Positions 1 through 17,740 of a stretch of DNA of 64,000 nucleotides are shown here, in pieces. Every line of letters starts with the position of its first letter. Position 1 is the stretch's first letter. The position numbers and the translations under genes are program-made. The notes beneath the pieces were generated by a model. That model saw nothing but the letters and a program-made list of their open reading frames with translations. It was not told the origin of the DNA and ran no database searches. This stretch comes from the human T2T-CHM13v2.0 reference genome, Homo sapiens: NCBI RefSeq assembly GCF_009914755.1, contig NC_060938.1; one strand, given 5' to 3'.

Positions 1-49
1 GTGCCATTTGATAGCTGTGGAGCCTTGAGCAAGCTACTGAACTGCCCCA

Positions 50-230
50 TGCCTCAGCTTCCTCATCTGGAACATGAGAATGTAAAAAATGGTTCCTGTG
101 TGCTTGGAACAACATACAACAACATATATAGTAATTTCTATTACTGTGACACTCAAATGAATGAATCTACATGAAGCCCTTAGAATAGTACCTGGCATGT
201 AGAAACTGCTTAATAAGTGCCAGCTATCAT
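50..230. mobile_element. MIR fragment
   Basis: cctcagcttcctcatctg...cctggcatgtag...taataa core motifs. Confidence 0.55.
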
Positions 231-375
231 TGTCTTTTATGGAGGCCCTGCAGGCCAGCATAGTGCCGTGCTCACTCAGTACAAATGGACAGGGGACAAG
301 ACAGATGGGTGACAGGAAGAGCCCTGCACTGGCCCTTCCCCACCCACCCCAGCCCTGCCCAGCCCCGGTCCTCAC

Positions 376-640
376 CGTGTATGCCACGGAGCAGCACGTC
401 CACGCCATTCTGATAGTGGTTGAAGGCCGCCTCATAGTCCTCACTAACATCGCGCTCCAGGGCCAGCCGGATCTGCGTGGCCGCATCCACCAGATAGTCA
501 CGTTTTGTCATGTCAGGCACTCCCAGAGCCACCCTGTTGCGAATCTGCTCCAGGTACACGTGAGCTTGGGACCGTGCTTGTGAGCAAGGCTCAGGCTCCA
601 GGCCGGGGCTGGGCAGGCACTCACAGGCCACCAGGCTCAT
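376..640 (-). CDS. RPS6KL1: RPS6KL1 first coding exon ([10 protein letters not shown]...LLRGIH, start of the MIT domain); gene continues off the left edge of the window
   Basis: ATG at 640 in gcagccATGa context. The translation matches the remembered human RPS6KL1 N-terminus. Donor CG|GTGAGG after 376 (265 coding nt, phase 1). Probable acceptor ttccag|g at 662-661 with an upstream CTAAT branch-like motif, so the exon starts at about 660. Confidence 0.93.
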
Positions 641-693
641 GGCTGCCCTGCAGCTGGGACCTGGAATGGGCAAATGCATTAGGGAGGACCTAG

Positions 694-1180
<487 letters not shown>

Positions 1181-1949
1181 GGGCTCTGTTTTCCTTTCCA
1201 ATCAAATTCAGTTCAGCAAACATTTCTGGAGCATCTGGTACTGTGTTGAGCTCTGGAGAGAGCTGAGGATATCTGTGATCCACAGCCACCTTCACAGGGC
1301 CTCCGTAGAGCAAGCTTGGTATCCAGTACGCATTCAGCACATGGAGGCCACACACGCTGGGCTCAAATGCTGTTCCTCATGCTGTTCCCTCCACCCTGCC
1401 TGTTGTCTCCTCCCTGCTCCTCCTGTGGGAATCTCATTTACCCTTTGGGGTTTAGCACTTCTCCGTGGACCAGATGGATTGCCCCTGCTGTGTTTTGTTC
1501 CCTTGGTCCTGAGGTCAGTGTGGTCAGCGAGTGAGGACCCCTCCTGGAGCCAGCAGAGAGCAGAGCACAGAGCTGGGCTGTAAGAACTGTTGGCAGACGG
1601 AATGACTGAGTGGCAGACTCGGTGCCACGTTGGATGGGGGGTAGAAGAGGGCAGGGTGACCCAGCCCCAGGGAGGGTCGCTCTGTCCTCCTGGCTTTACT
1701 TTTGAGAAGGTCATGTGGCCTCCAAGGACCTGACAGCAGCTTCTTCCTGAGCAATGTGTGACCCAGGCGGCCAAAGGGATGACAGCCGTGGCTGCGGGAA
1801 GGGAAGGGGCTCAGAGAGAGGCCCACAAAGCTACCCCGCCTTTGCTCTCCCAGGTCCCACTGGGAATGGGCAGGACCCGGAACTTCCAACCCCAGGTCAT
1901 TTGGAGAGAAAGAGGAGAGAGCAGGATGGGCGGTGGGGCGGGGAGGGAG

Positions 1950-2540
1950 ACCCACAGCCTCAGCCGGCGGGGAGCTGAATCCCGGCCAGGATGCGGCCAG
2001 GAGGCAGAGGGAGGCCGCACCATCCCTGCTCGGCCAAGCCCAGGGGAACTTGAGGCTCTGAGGCCTTGCTCTGGGGGGTGCCCGGGTAGGACTGGCTTCA
2101 GGGTCCACCCCGCCGGGCAGGGTCCTGCCGGGCAGAGCCGCCGGCCCCGCCTGGACACAGAAAGCGGCGCGTGCAACCCACGGGGCCCCAGCCGCAAGGT
2201 GCACGGTCCCAGGGTGGAGGGACGGCCGAGAGGGCCCCTCGCCTGGGAGGGTGGAGAAGGGACCGGACAAAACACCGTACCTGCCCGAGCTGGGAGCCGG
2301 GTCCGCGGGCCAGGCCTCCCCCTCACGTACCGGCCCTTCACGCCAGAGCGCGCCGCGGGCCGCTGCTTTCCGGCATCCAGCGTGCGGGGCCAGCCGGTGC
2401 AGCGCGGCCATTGGCTGCGGATGAGCTCATACTTGAGCCTTAGAATAAACCACCAATCACCGCCCGGCTCGGCTCCTGCCGGCCTTAAAGCCGCAAGGTC
2501 TGCACGGCTGGGCTGTGAGGGGCGGGGGGCGGCTTAGAGA
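1950..2540 (-). promoter_or_regulatory. RPS6KL1: CpG-island promoter and non-coding first exon of RPS6KL1
   Basis: High CpG and GC density. CCAAT boxes at 2410-2414 (minus) and 2453-2457 (plus), GC boxes, and candidate donors CAG|GTACGG (after 2281) and CCG|GTACGT (after 2331). Confidence 0.75.
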
Positions 2541-2629
2541 GGGGAGGGTGGGATGGGATGTGGGGTGGGTGGGGAGAGCAGGGATGCGGAAGGGGCTGCT
2601 TCAGAAATCTAGACGTGCCACTTCTAGGA

Positions 2630-2775
2630 CTTTTCTCATTCATTGCTTCATTCATTTATTCAACGATTCAATGCTATGTATTGAGAGTCTCCCATGCATG
2701 AGGAGCTGGATGTTGAGATACAGCCGTGAACTAGACAGCGCTGTTTACATCCGCATGGGGCTTACAGTCTAGTGA
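2630..2775 (-). mobile_element. L2 3' end fragment
   Basis: (CATT)n-like tail followed by tattgag. Confidence 0.5.
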
Positions 2776-2848
2776 GGGCTACCGAGAGTAAAGAACCCAG
2801 CAATAGAAGGCTTTTGATATCAGAACCGAGCTTAAAATTCAAGACATA

Positions 2849-3120
<272 letters not shown>

Positions 3121-3605
3121 AGATCACAGGCAACCCTGTGACACAGATCTCACCTGCAGGTTCAGTGCTGACTGGCTTCACACTGTCCCCCGGCTGCACT
3201 TGCTCTACCTTAGACACCCTTTCATACTTTCTCCCTCTGACTCCCACCCGTCCCCCTATCCTCACTCTCAGCCAGCACTGTTGCTTCATCCTTACCTTGA
3301 CAGCAGTGGCGCACAGACTCCCACAGGCTTGCTCTTGGCCCGCGGGCGGGGCTGTGCCCACACTCTGCTTCCAACCTTTTTCCACAGGTGACTGTCTGTG
3401 CCCCATCGAAGGCCACCCTTCCAGGTGGGCATCAGTCCCGTGCCATCACCTACTCAGCGACACCACTCCAGCGATTCTCCCGTCTCTCCCACTAGATAAT
3501 TCCCACCTGATACAAACATAATGCTTGTTTCTCCCCTCTTAAAAGCAAAACAAGAAAACAAACCAAAATACACTCTAGGCCTCACTTCTTTACCTACCAC
3601 CCTAG

Positions 3606-5055
<1,450 letters not shown>

Positions 5056-5065
5056 CAATGCCTGA

Positions 5066-5662
<597 letters not shown>

Positions 5663-5834
5663 CCTGCCCCTGTTCTGAGGCGTTGCCCTGATGTGACTTT
5701 CTTGTGAGACCTACTCTGACCATACCTCACCCACAACATCTTCATTCCCCCTCATTCCCTCTGCTCTGCTTCTTTTCCATTGTACTTAACACTGTTAGCT
5801 ACATAACTTACTATTGATGCTATACAACTTATTT

Positions 5835-6285
<451 letters not shown>

Positions 6286-6599
6286 ACTAAAGGATGAGAA
6301 GGAATTAACCAGGAAAAGTGGTTAGAGAGGGCAGTGGAAGGAAATGTTCGGGGAGGAGAAACAATATGTATAAATGCCTTAACAAACTAAGGGAGAAAAA
6401 ACAGCATTTGCTCATCAAACAGATGGCATAAAGTCATTTGATAAAAGTCAACATGCATTCACGATAAAGACAACCTCTTAACTTGCTTAACAAACTGAAC
6501 AAACTCATGAACGTACTTCTTAACTTGATAAGGTGTTATCTACCAGAAACTTAGAGCAAACACCATTTGTAATGGTGCAGCATTGGAAACATTGCCACG

Positions 6600-6950
6600 G
6601 TCCGACTGTTTTTCTGGTATCTGGAAGGGTCCTACTCCTCTACCGCTTTAGAAGTTAGGCTTGGCCATGGCACTTGCTTTGAAATGCTAGTGAACAGAAT
6701 ACGTGTTGCTTTAGGGTGGAAGCTCCCAAAGCTTGTTCCTCCTGCCTTAGTGATCCTGGAAGTAGCTGACCATGGAGGTGCAGAGCCTCAATTAGCCTGG
6801 ATCCCTGAGAAACAATAAATGGATGCCTCCTCAGCCCTAAGACTTGTGTTGGACATGAAATGTGAGTGAGAAATAAATTTCTATTGTGTTAAGCCACTAG
6901 ATTTTGGGATCGTTTGTTACTGTAATATACCTTGACCTATCCTGAATGTT
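6600..6950 (+). mobile_element. MLT1 (MaLR) solo LTR within L1M fragments
   Basis: gagaaataaatttctattgtgttaagccact...tttgttactg 3' signature. Confidence 0.75.
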
Positions 6951-7189
6951 ACATCCAATGCAGTCAGAAATGAATCAATGCTTCTACTCTTCTACAATGT
7001 ACTGGAAGTTACAACTAATGCAATAAAAATTTAAAGACAAGCAAGAGGTTTAAGGATTGGAAAGGAAGAGGCCAAATTGCCATAGTTTCTGGTGATGCGA
7101 TCATCCACCTGGAAAACTCAACAGCAACAATTGGTGAGCCCAGCGATCCTCTTGCCTTGGCCTCCCAAAGTGCTGGGATTACAGGTGGT

Positions 7190-7329
7190 CCTTGAGTGTT
7201 TTGACTGCTATCCATCACATGAGGTTAAGTGTGGAATTTTTCACTGGTGGTGTCATGTCTGTGCTCAAAATATTTCAGATTTTTGAGCATTTTGGGTTTT
7301 GGATTTTCAGATTAGGGATGCTCAACCTG
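7190..7329. mobile_element. MER46/Tigger DNA transposon end
   Basis: ggattttcagattagggatgctcaacctg terminal repeat. Confidence 0.65.
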
Positions 7330-7697
7330 CACACATAATCTATCAATTCTACTTCTAGATATTTAATCTAGGAAAATGCTTGCCCAGATACATAAGAATA
7401 TATATGGATATTTATGGCAACATTGCTTGCAATATTAAGAAATGGAATAAATTCCAAACATAATATCATAAGTAATATCAATATGAAGTTAATTAATAAC
7501 ATGTGGGATATTCATATATTAAATTATTATTTTCAGCATTTTAAAACAATGAAACTGAACCAAATCTATGTGCATGAACATGTACAGATCTCAAAAGCAT
7601 ATTCCTGAGTAAAAAAAGTCAGCTCCTAAGTGCCACCTACAATATGATGCCATTTATATTTATATCTATATTTTAAAAACTTTTATTCTTTTATTAA

Positions 7698-8073
<376 letters not shown>

Positions 8074-8506
8074 TAAAAAGGAGAATAAATGTAAATAAAA
8101 AATATCCACACCCTCTAAAGGGTGTGCAGGGAAGTCTGTATCCTATTCTGTGCCTCCAGGACCCACTACCAGGTGCAGTTATCAATTTACTGGGGCTCAG
8201 TCAATCAATTCTTCCCATTTTTCCTGGGCATATTATACACTGTATTGAACCTTGATTTTTTTCATTAAACAATATATCTACCCAAAGGAAACCTGTATGC
8301 TCAATGGCAACAAATCCAAACTGTGTCAGTGAAACATACGATGTGTGTTGAAAACCCAGGAAACAGAACACAGAGATGACAGGAAATAAAGCTGCATCTC
8401 ATGCCCCAGCACAACTGCAGGGCATGGAAGCAGCAGGAAGAGCAAGTGCCCCATGTCTGTGGGTGCAGGAAGCGAATCTGTAGGTCCAGAAATGCAGGAT
8501 TTGTGG

Positions 8507-8792
8507 GTTTTTGTTTTGTTTTGTTGAGACAAGTTCTTGCTTTGTCGTCCAGGCTGGAGTGCAGTGTCGCAATCTCAGTTCATTGCAGCCTCGACCTCCT
8601 GGGCTCAAGCCATCCTCCCACCTCAGCCTCCACAGTAGCTGGGACTATGCTCAGCTACTTTTTAAACTTCTTTGTAGAGACGGGGGTCTTGTGATTTACC
8701 CAAGCTGGTCTCATACTCCTGGGCTCAAGTGATCCTCCCCACTCAGCCTCCTAAAGTGGCGAGATGACAGGCGTGAGCCACTGTACCTGGCC
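8507..8792 (-). mobile_element. Alu (J-type)
   Basis: Reverse dimer with an internal deletion. Confidence 0.9.
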
Positions 8793-9331
8793 GCCATTCA
8801 CATTTTCATGTTTCTGATCTGCTGGTTGTACTGGCTATCAGGACAGTGCAGCACTAATCTTCATGCAGCTGCATTGCTGCTGTATTTGCATCCTACTAGA
8901 ACAGCTGCAATAATTTCACCATCTCTATTTTCTTTACAAAGTACTTGCCTGACACCAGAATTTTAAACAGACTTTCTGACTAAGTGGTCTTAAACATTCC
9001 ATGGCCACCTTTCTTAGTGTCCAGGTAATTCAGAATAGGTAATAGGGGAATTGTCAAAATCAAATGAAGTTTAAAGTGCTTCATGGTTTTTAGAAAATAC
9101 TTCACGAAAGGAAGGCAGAATGTTTACAAATCTAATAATTAAATTTGAAGGACAATCTAAAAAGATCTACAAATTCATAGCTTAACTGGCCTAAGACCGA
9201 GTGAGCCATCACACACTGTGGGCACCACAGCACGACCTCAAGAACTCAGGAGGAATTTCCTTCCCCATGTCACAGAGAGCTTTGTGACAGGGACTGGCAG
9301 GAAACCATGGTCCCACCTAGTAAGATTCTGA

Positions 9332-9640
<309 letters not shown>

Positions 9641-9735
9641 GTTTTTCACTCTTAAGGGATATTCATTTCAGTAGCTAAAGTAACTGAAATAATTTCTGGG
9701 TTGCTTCTTGGTAAACAACATAGACTTGAAAGAAG

Positions 9736-10112
9736 CAGTTCTCTAACTTTTTGGTCTCATCAACACAGAGCCTTTGTTTATCTGCGTTATTTCTATTGAT
9801 ATTTAGTGTATTATAAAAGACATTTAAGGATATTTCATTATTTAAAAATAACAAGAAATCCAACATATGGTAACATGAATGTTTTATGAAAATATTTTAA
9901 AAGTATTTGGTGACAGGAGTAGAATTATTTTCCTTTTTGAAAACCTCTTTAATGCTGACCTTAGGGATAGAAGACCGCTGTGCTGTCATATCTGCTTCTG
10001 TGTTCAGTCTGCTGTGATGAGTTGTTCTGGTTGAAGTAGGTGAAGAAAATCCGGCCTCACACAGAGATGTAGCTGGAAAAGGGAGGAGTAATTTAACAGC
10101 CACTTCAGACAT
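9736..10112 (-). mobile_element. hAT-Charlie (Charlie1-like) remnant with transposase C-terminal dimerisation motif
   Basis: ORF 9897-10112 reads LLLPFPATSLCEAGFS...SRLNTEADM, typical of Charlie/Buster transposases. Terminal cagttctctaactttttggtctca. Confidence 0.8.
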
Positions 10113-10124
10113 TCTGGGTGTGTG

Positions 10125-10422
<298 letters not shown>

Positions 10423-10449
10423 TTTACTGAAATCCTAAAACCACACTAT

Positions 10450-10595
10450 TAGCTATTATTATTAATCTTTACAGATGATAAAACTGAGACTCTGGGAGGT
10501 TAAGTAACTTGATTAAGCTCACACAGCTAGGAACTGGGAGTGCTAGGAATCCAACCCTAGCAGTTTGGCTCCAGAACCCAAGTTTGGACCACTAT
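10450..10595. mobile_element. MIR
   Basis: tttacagatgataaaactgagactc...ggttaagtaacttg core. Confidence 0.7.
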
Positions 10596-10828
10596 ACTGA
10601 TTACATTAAGCCCCTAACAGAGGAGTTCTCCAGGGAGTGGGGGAAGGGACCTCTTGGGGAAGAGAGTGGGCAGCGGTCAGTTAGAGCTTTGTAACACCTG
10701 TAGTTGTTCTATGCTTTTAAACAGTAAAGTATATTGGCATATAATTTCTAATGTTAAAATTACTTTTAAAAAATTATATATGGAATAGCTAGGTGTGGTG
10801 GCTCAAACCTGTAGTCCCAGCTACTTGA

Positions 10829-11040
10829 GAGGCTGAGGCAAGAGGCTGAGGTGAGAGGCTGAGGCGAGAGGCTGAAGCGGGAGGCTGAGGTGAGAGGCTG
10901 AGGTGGGAGGCTGAGGCAAGAGGCTGAAGTGGGATGCTGAGGCGAGAGGCTAAGGCAGGAGGCTGAGGCAAGAGGCTGAAGCGGGAGGCTGAGGCGAGAG
11001 GCTGAGGTGGGAGGCTGAGGCGAGAGGCTGAGGTGGGAGG
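10829..11040 (+). repeat. 13-bp minisatellite (GAGGCTGAGGYRR), 16 units, inside an Alu monomer at about 10787-11090
   Basis: Units counted directly; Alu sequence flanks both sides. Confidence 0.93.
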
Positions 11041-11094
11041 ATCTCTGAAGTTTGCATTCAGCTTGGGCAATGTCGCAAGCCCTTGTTTTCTTGT

Positions 11095-11418
<324 letters not shown>

Positions 11419-11479
11419 TAAAAAAAAAATTATTGAATATAGTTTTGGGATTATGTACTTATTTTTCATAATATAGTGA

Positions 11480-11860
11480 GGAGAGCTGTAAGGGAGTAGA
11501 CGGAGTTCCCTAAGTCTCTAGTGGTGGACCAGACCCAACGTGATGCAGAGGAGTGTTTGGGAGGCTTTCCTGAGGAAGCACCTTTTAGCTGAGTTACAGA
11601 TGATGTGTGTCTGTTAGTCAACAGAGTTGAGGGATTGGGTGTGGGAGGGGGAAGGGATTTCCGGGCAGAGGAAACAGTGTGAGCAAAGGTCCTGAGGGGC
11701 ACTACAGATTCCAGAAACTGAGAAAAAGACAAGTGTGTTGGCCCTTAGAGAAAGAGGCGGCATGGCAAGAGACAGGGCTGCAAAGGAGGACAGGGATCAG
11801 ACTTCATGGGATCTTCCAGGCTGAGGAAAGGACTGGGAGCATATTCTAAGAGCCACACGT
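11480..11860. mobile_element. L2 fragment
   Basis: ggaggctttcctgaggaag, gggcagaggaaacagtgtgagcaaaggtcctgagg. Confidence 0.65.
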
Positions 11861-12287
11861 GCTGCTGAGTAAGATGAAAATGGAAAATGCTGATCGGCAC
11901 CAGGGAGGTCCCTAGAGTCACTTTAGCAGGGGCTGCGTTACAGTAGTGAGTGGAACTGCCAAGAAAGAGACTGAAAGTGTACACATCTCTTTCAAAACAT
12001 GTTGCTCTAAAGCACAAGACCGGGATAGAAAGGCACCTGGAGGAAGAATGGGTTTGATTTTTTTTGCTGCCATTCCTATTTCTGTGATGGGAAAAACCTC
12101 TTCACACAGAGTCATATCCACAAGGATGTTTATCACAGTATTATTTATTAAAACAACACCAAAAAAAGAGGACCTACATATCCAACAATAGACCCTTTAA
12201 TCAAATTATGGGATATCCAAATGATGCAATACAACTCAAGACTTAAAAATCATATTGTAGCAGAAGGGAAATACAACTCCGTATGTA

Positions 12288-12624
<337 letters not shown>

Positions 12625-14932
12625 TAAAATAACAAATGTATTACGATCCCATTTTGGTATGGGGAGTTGAGTATATGTGACAGGGTGTCTCCTTCATCTG
12701 TTCCTTTCTTCCCTGTCTTCATCCTTGGTGGTGATGGTGGTAGTGGGGTCTTTGGATATAATGCACCATAATAAAAATTATGCCAAGAGATGTGATCCAC
12801 TTTATCAAAAAGGAAATGTATTTGTTTTGTAGGTGCTCCACGTGGGGACACACGAGGGTCCACCACAATCTCCCAGGAGGGAGCTGGGTCCTGGGAGGAG
12901 GGCAGAGGGATCAGAGAGAGGGAGACCAGGGGGAGGAGTTTCTGGCCCCAATTTTGTACCAAAGCTGGAAAAAACAAAGTGTTGCTCATTCTTTGGATTT
13001 TGGAAAATTTGTGATAGATTATAAGACAGATTTTTTGGGGGGGTATTGAAGAAAGGTGTAACCACTCATTATCTGAAACCACAGGCTGAATTTACTGCAT
13101 GCTTAAGCAAGGGACAGCTGTACTTGCAAGGCACAGCGTATCTCTGAGCAAAGCAGAGAATTAATCCCATACAGGTTTTGGGAAGTGTGTGGTTTAAGGA
13201 TGGGTCAACGTGTGCTGGTTGATCTTTGGCACAGTCATTGGCATGCAGCTGTTGCCGACTGGTTATTTTCAGAAGCGTGGGGCTAGTCCTGATTGAGTGC
13301 ATAGTTTCAGCAGCACAGTTACTGAAACACATGGCCATATAAACCAGGTTTATAATTGGTTCTAAGAGTCACTTGATATCATAGCCACATACCAATTAGT
13401 CTTTTCCTAAGAGGGTGGGCATGTTTTATTCTAGGGGGAAGAAGGGGAAGGGCAGATAGCTCTATATACACACAAAGAGGAAGGTCTCAGTAGAGCAGCC
13501 TGTGTGTCTTCTCCGCTGCTGGAGCTCATCTTGACTGGCCAGGGCTGGTTCCTAAGAAGGATCCCAGGCACCCAGAGCCTCCTGGGTTTGGATGTGAGAG
13601 GAAAGTCCTGTGACCTCCTTTGCCTCTCCCATGTCTGGAGAGAAGCTGTATTTCCGGCTAATCCAGGAGCGACAGCTCCAGGGTGCACCCCAGGTTCTGA
13701 CATGGGGACTTGCAGCACCCCCCCAGGTTGGACCCTGATGTGCCTGGCACCCCTTGTGAACCCAAGACCTCAACTTCAGCTTCTCCGCACAGCAGCCATG
13801 GCCAGCTGTCAGCCGCCACCTCCTCCGAGAGGCTGGAATTCCTCGGGCAGATTTCTCACCCTCGCAGGACTTCTTTCCAGCGTGTCTGGCAAGTGAGAGG
13901 GCTTCGCAGGCCCCAGGAGAGGCTTGTGGCAGAGAGGGCTTTGAAAGGGAGAGGAGGAGGGAGGGTACTGCTGTTACAGCCCAAGCCTTAGGCCCCCGCT
14001 GAGGACGTCAGGTGGCCCATGTCTGGAAACACCCAGCGCTGTGGCCCACGTGGTGACTCTTGGGTGGCCCAGGCTGGGTGTGTGGGGGCAGGGCCTCAGA
14101 GAAGAGAGAAGGAGAAGGGGAAGACCGAGGGCTGGGGGTGGCGGTGGAGAGGCCACTGAGGACAGGGAGTGGAACAACCTTGCAGAGAGTGGTGCAGGGA
14201 GAAGTTACTAGAATGGCAGCACCCTCTCCCGCCACCCAGGCGACACCTCTCGGGGAACCCACCTCTGCGAGGGAGCCCTCAACTTCCTCCCGGCCTGACC
14301 TGCCTGCTCGAGGGTTTCCACGGTCACAAAGTTACCTCAGGGACTAGAAAAGAACCATCTTTTTGGCCTGGAGCCTCTGAGGTGGGGCCTCCTCGGCCTC
14401 AGTCACAGCCAAGGTCAGGGGGAAGGAGAGCGCCCCAGGCTTCCCTCAGGAAAAGGAAGGGTCCGGCTTCTTTAGGGAAACAGCTGCTGGGATCTGGTGC
14501 TGACAGACGGCCATCTTTCCACACCAAGGCTCTGGCCTGTCACCACCCTGTCTGGGGCCTCGAGTTCCCACCAGAGTTTTCATAGGGGCCTCTTCTGCTG
14601 ACCCACCCAATCCACCCGCAGATGGTCTGGCCCGCCTCTCAGACTGGGAGCGGACCCAGCTCACTTCCCTACCGCCCCACTGCCCTTCTCTCTCTCCATC
14701 CTCAAGAGGAGGTGAGGTGGTGAGGGGCAGTGAGCACAGGCTTCGGATTCAATTCCACGTCAGTCACTTATGGTACAGTTTTAAATTCTGACTCGCTTAA
14801 CTTACATGGCTTTGGACCAGCCTGGGCCTCAGCTCCTTCATTTGTAAGATGAGGAGGTGGAAATGGATTATTTGTAAACTTTCTTTCAGCCCTAAATTCC
14901 ATGATCATATCATATTATTGTTTAATTTCTAA

Positions 14933-15493
<561 letters not shown>

Positions 15494-16600
15494 CACGTTA
15501 TTGTTTAAAAAACATGCCTCTTGCAGCCTAGCACAGCCCTAACTCCCCAGCATGGCACCCGGGGCCCAGCCCGCCTACCAGCCTTAGCCATCACCCTCTG
15601 ATTCACCTGCCTTAAGCATCAGCCAAACTGAACCGCTGGAGAGTCCCTGTACAGGTAGGGGTTTTGCCAGCTCTGGGGTCTTTGTTAATGGGTTGCCTCC
15701 ACCTAGAATGGCTTCCCCAGTCATCTCCCCAGACCCAAATCTTGCCTACTCTTCAAGTCACAGCTCAAATGCCACCAGCTTTGCAAAGCCAGTTCTGATG
15801 TTCCCCAGCTGCAGGTCATCTCAGGTGGCTTTAGCAGCTCTTCAGCTGCATTCTTTTAGCTACATGGCCTGCTTTCCTTCTATTCTAATCACCTGTGTAT
15901 ATCTGATTCCGCTGACGAACTTTTTAAGGTCAGCGACAATGTCTTATTTCTCTCTGCGTAACCCTAGCTAATCGAGGTGCTCCCCTGGGTTCAGTCTCTG
16001 CCTAGTGTCTCACTGAGTGGGCGTCTCTCAAAGAACATTCGGGCCTGCAATGTTAGGGAGCATGACAGTGCTTCCTCAAAGCCCTTCTCAAACTGTCTTA
16101 TATCAATAGAGACTCCACAGCAAAACCCCAAACTCCTTCTCTAGTCCCAGCCCCGAGGCCTTTTATTTCCCTCTGCCTACCTGCTTGCTTTCTCTTTCCT
16201 AGCTGTTAGGTAGACCAGCTTAGCCCTCCAGCTGTGATCTCTCTCCTTATTCCCCTTATTTATTGCAGAATAGAATTTTCTTTAGTAGGTAGGGAAGACT
16301 TTTGCTTGCTAATATACTTTGCCCTGTCATACATGTATCTACTACAAAATACCTAGGCCTTGTAGACTCAAAAAATGCTCATGAGTGAATAAATGATCAG
16401 GGTTACCAGCCCACGTGCATGATTAAGACCAAACAATCTACTTCTCTCTATCCTTGTTACTTCTCCCTAGACCAAACCACCATAATTGGTTGCCTGGCTT
16501 CTCCACAGCCTTTGAAGTGGTATTTGTACTCTAAGTTTTACACTCCTAGAGACCATTTTCCACATAGTGGGTGGAGTGATTGTTCAAAAATGTACCTAAT

Positions 16601-16911
<311 letters not shown>

Positions 16912-17264
16912 TCATTCCCCTGTTTGAAACTCTGCAGTGGTTTATCTCACATTATAACAAAATTTGAACTCCTTACCCTGACTTGCAAAGCCCTTTATGG
17001 TCTGGCCCCTGGCTACTTCCAACATCACATCCCATATCCCCCCTCCCTGCCCATCATGCTCCAGCCACACTGGGGTTCCTTCCAGCACTTTCCACCAGCT
17101 GTGCCCTCTGGAGTGCTCTTATCCCTGATCTTTACATGACCAACTCCTTCTTGTCCTTCAAACTTTACCATCAATGTCATCTCCACAGAGATGCCATCCA
17201 TAACCTCCTGACCTAGAGTACCTTCCCCCCAACGCTATCTCTTCACCTTTCCTTATTTTCTGTT

Positions 17265-17740
17265 CTGGTTTCTTATTGCTGCATAACAAACTACCTCAAA
17301 ACAATTTGTTATTATAGTATTTTATGTTTCTGTGCATCAAGGAAATCAAACGGCACAGTGGATACAGCTTGTCTTTGCTCTGTAAGATCTGGGGCATCTG
17401 CTAAGATAACTGTAATGGCTGCGGGTTGGAATAGCTTGGGGTTGGCTGAGTCTCTCTCTCTCTCTCTTTTTCCACATCTCTATACGGCCAGCTTGAGCTT
17501 CCTTCCAACATGGTGACCTCAGGGTAGTTGGACATCTTACATGATAGCATAGGGTTCCAACAGACCAAGGCAGAAGCTGCCAGTCCTCTTGAAAGCTAGA
17601 CTTGAAACAAGTATAGGGTCTCTTCTGCTATAGTCTACTGATCAACGCAGACCCAGGCCAATTCAGATTCAAACAGAGGGAAGACACTTCACCTCTTAAG
17701 AGGAGGAATGTAAAATAATTCAAGAGCATCTCTAATATGA
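17265..17740 (-). mobile_element. MLT1 (MaLR) solo LTR
   Basis: tattgctgcataacaaactacctcaaa start, aggcagaagctgc, cttcacctctt. Confidence 0.75.

Noticed and set aside
1524-2537. Long overlapping ORFs of 176-295 aa
   Set aside because: Stop-poor GC-rich CpG island, open in several frames on both strands, with no recognisable domain.
9897-10112. Possible domesticated hAT transposase gene
   Set aside because: Only a 71-codon C-terminal fragment, cut off by an Alu; a Charlie fossil.
12900-13420. LTR-like unique-looking segment
   Set aside because: I could not assign a family, termini or target-site duplication by eye; a Dfam search is needed.
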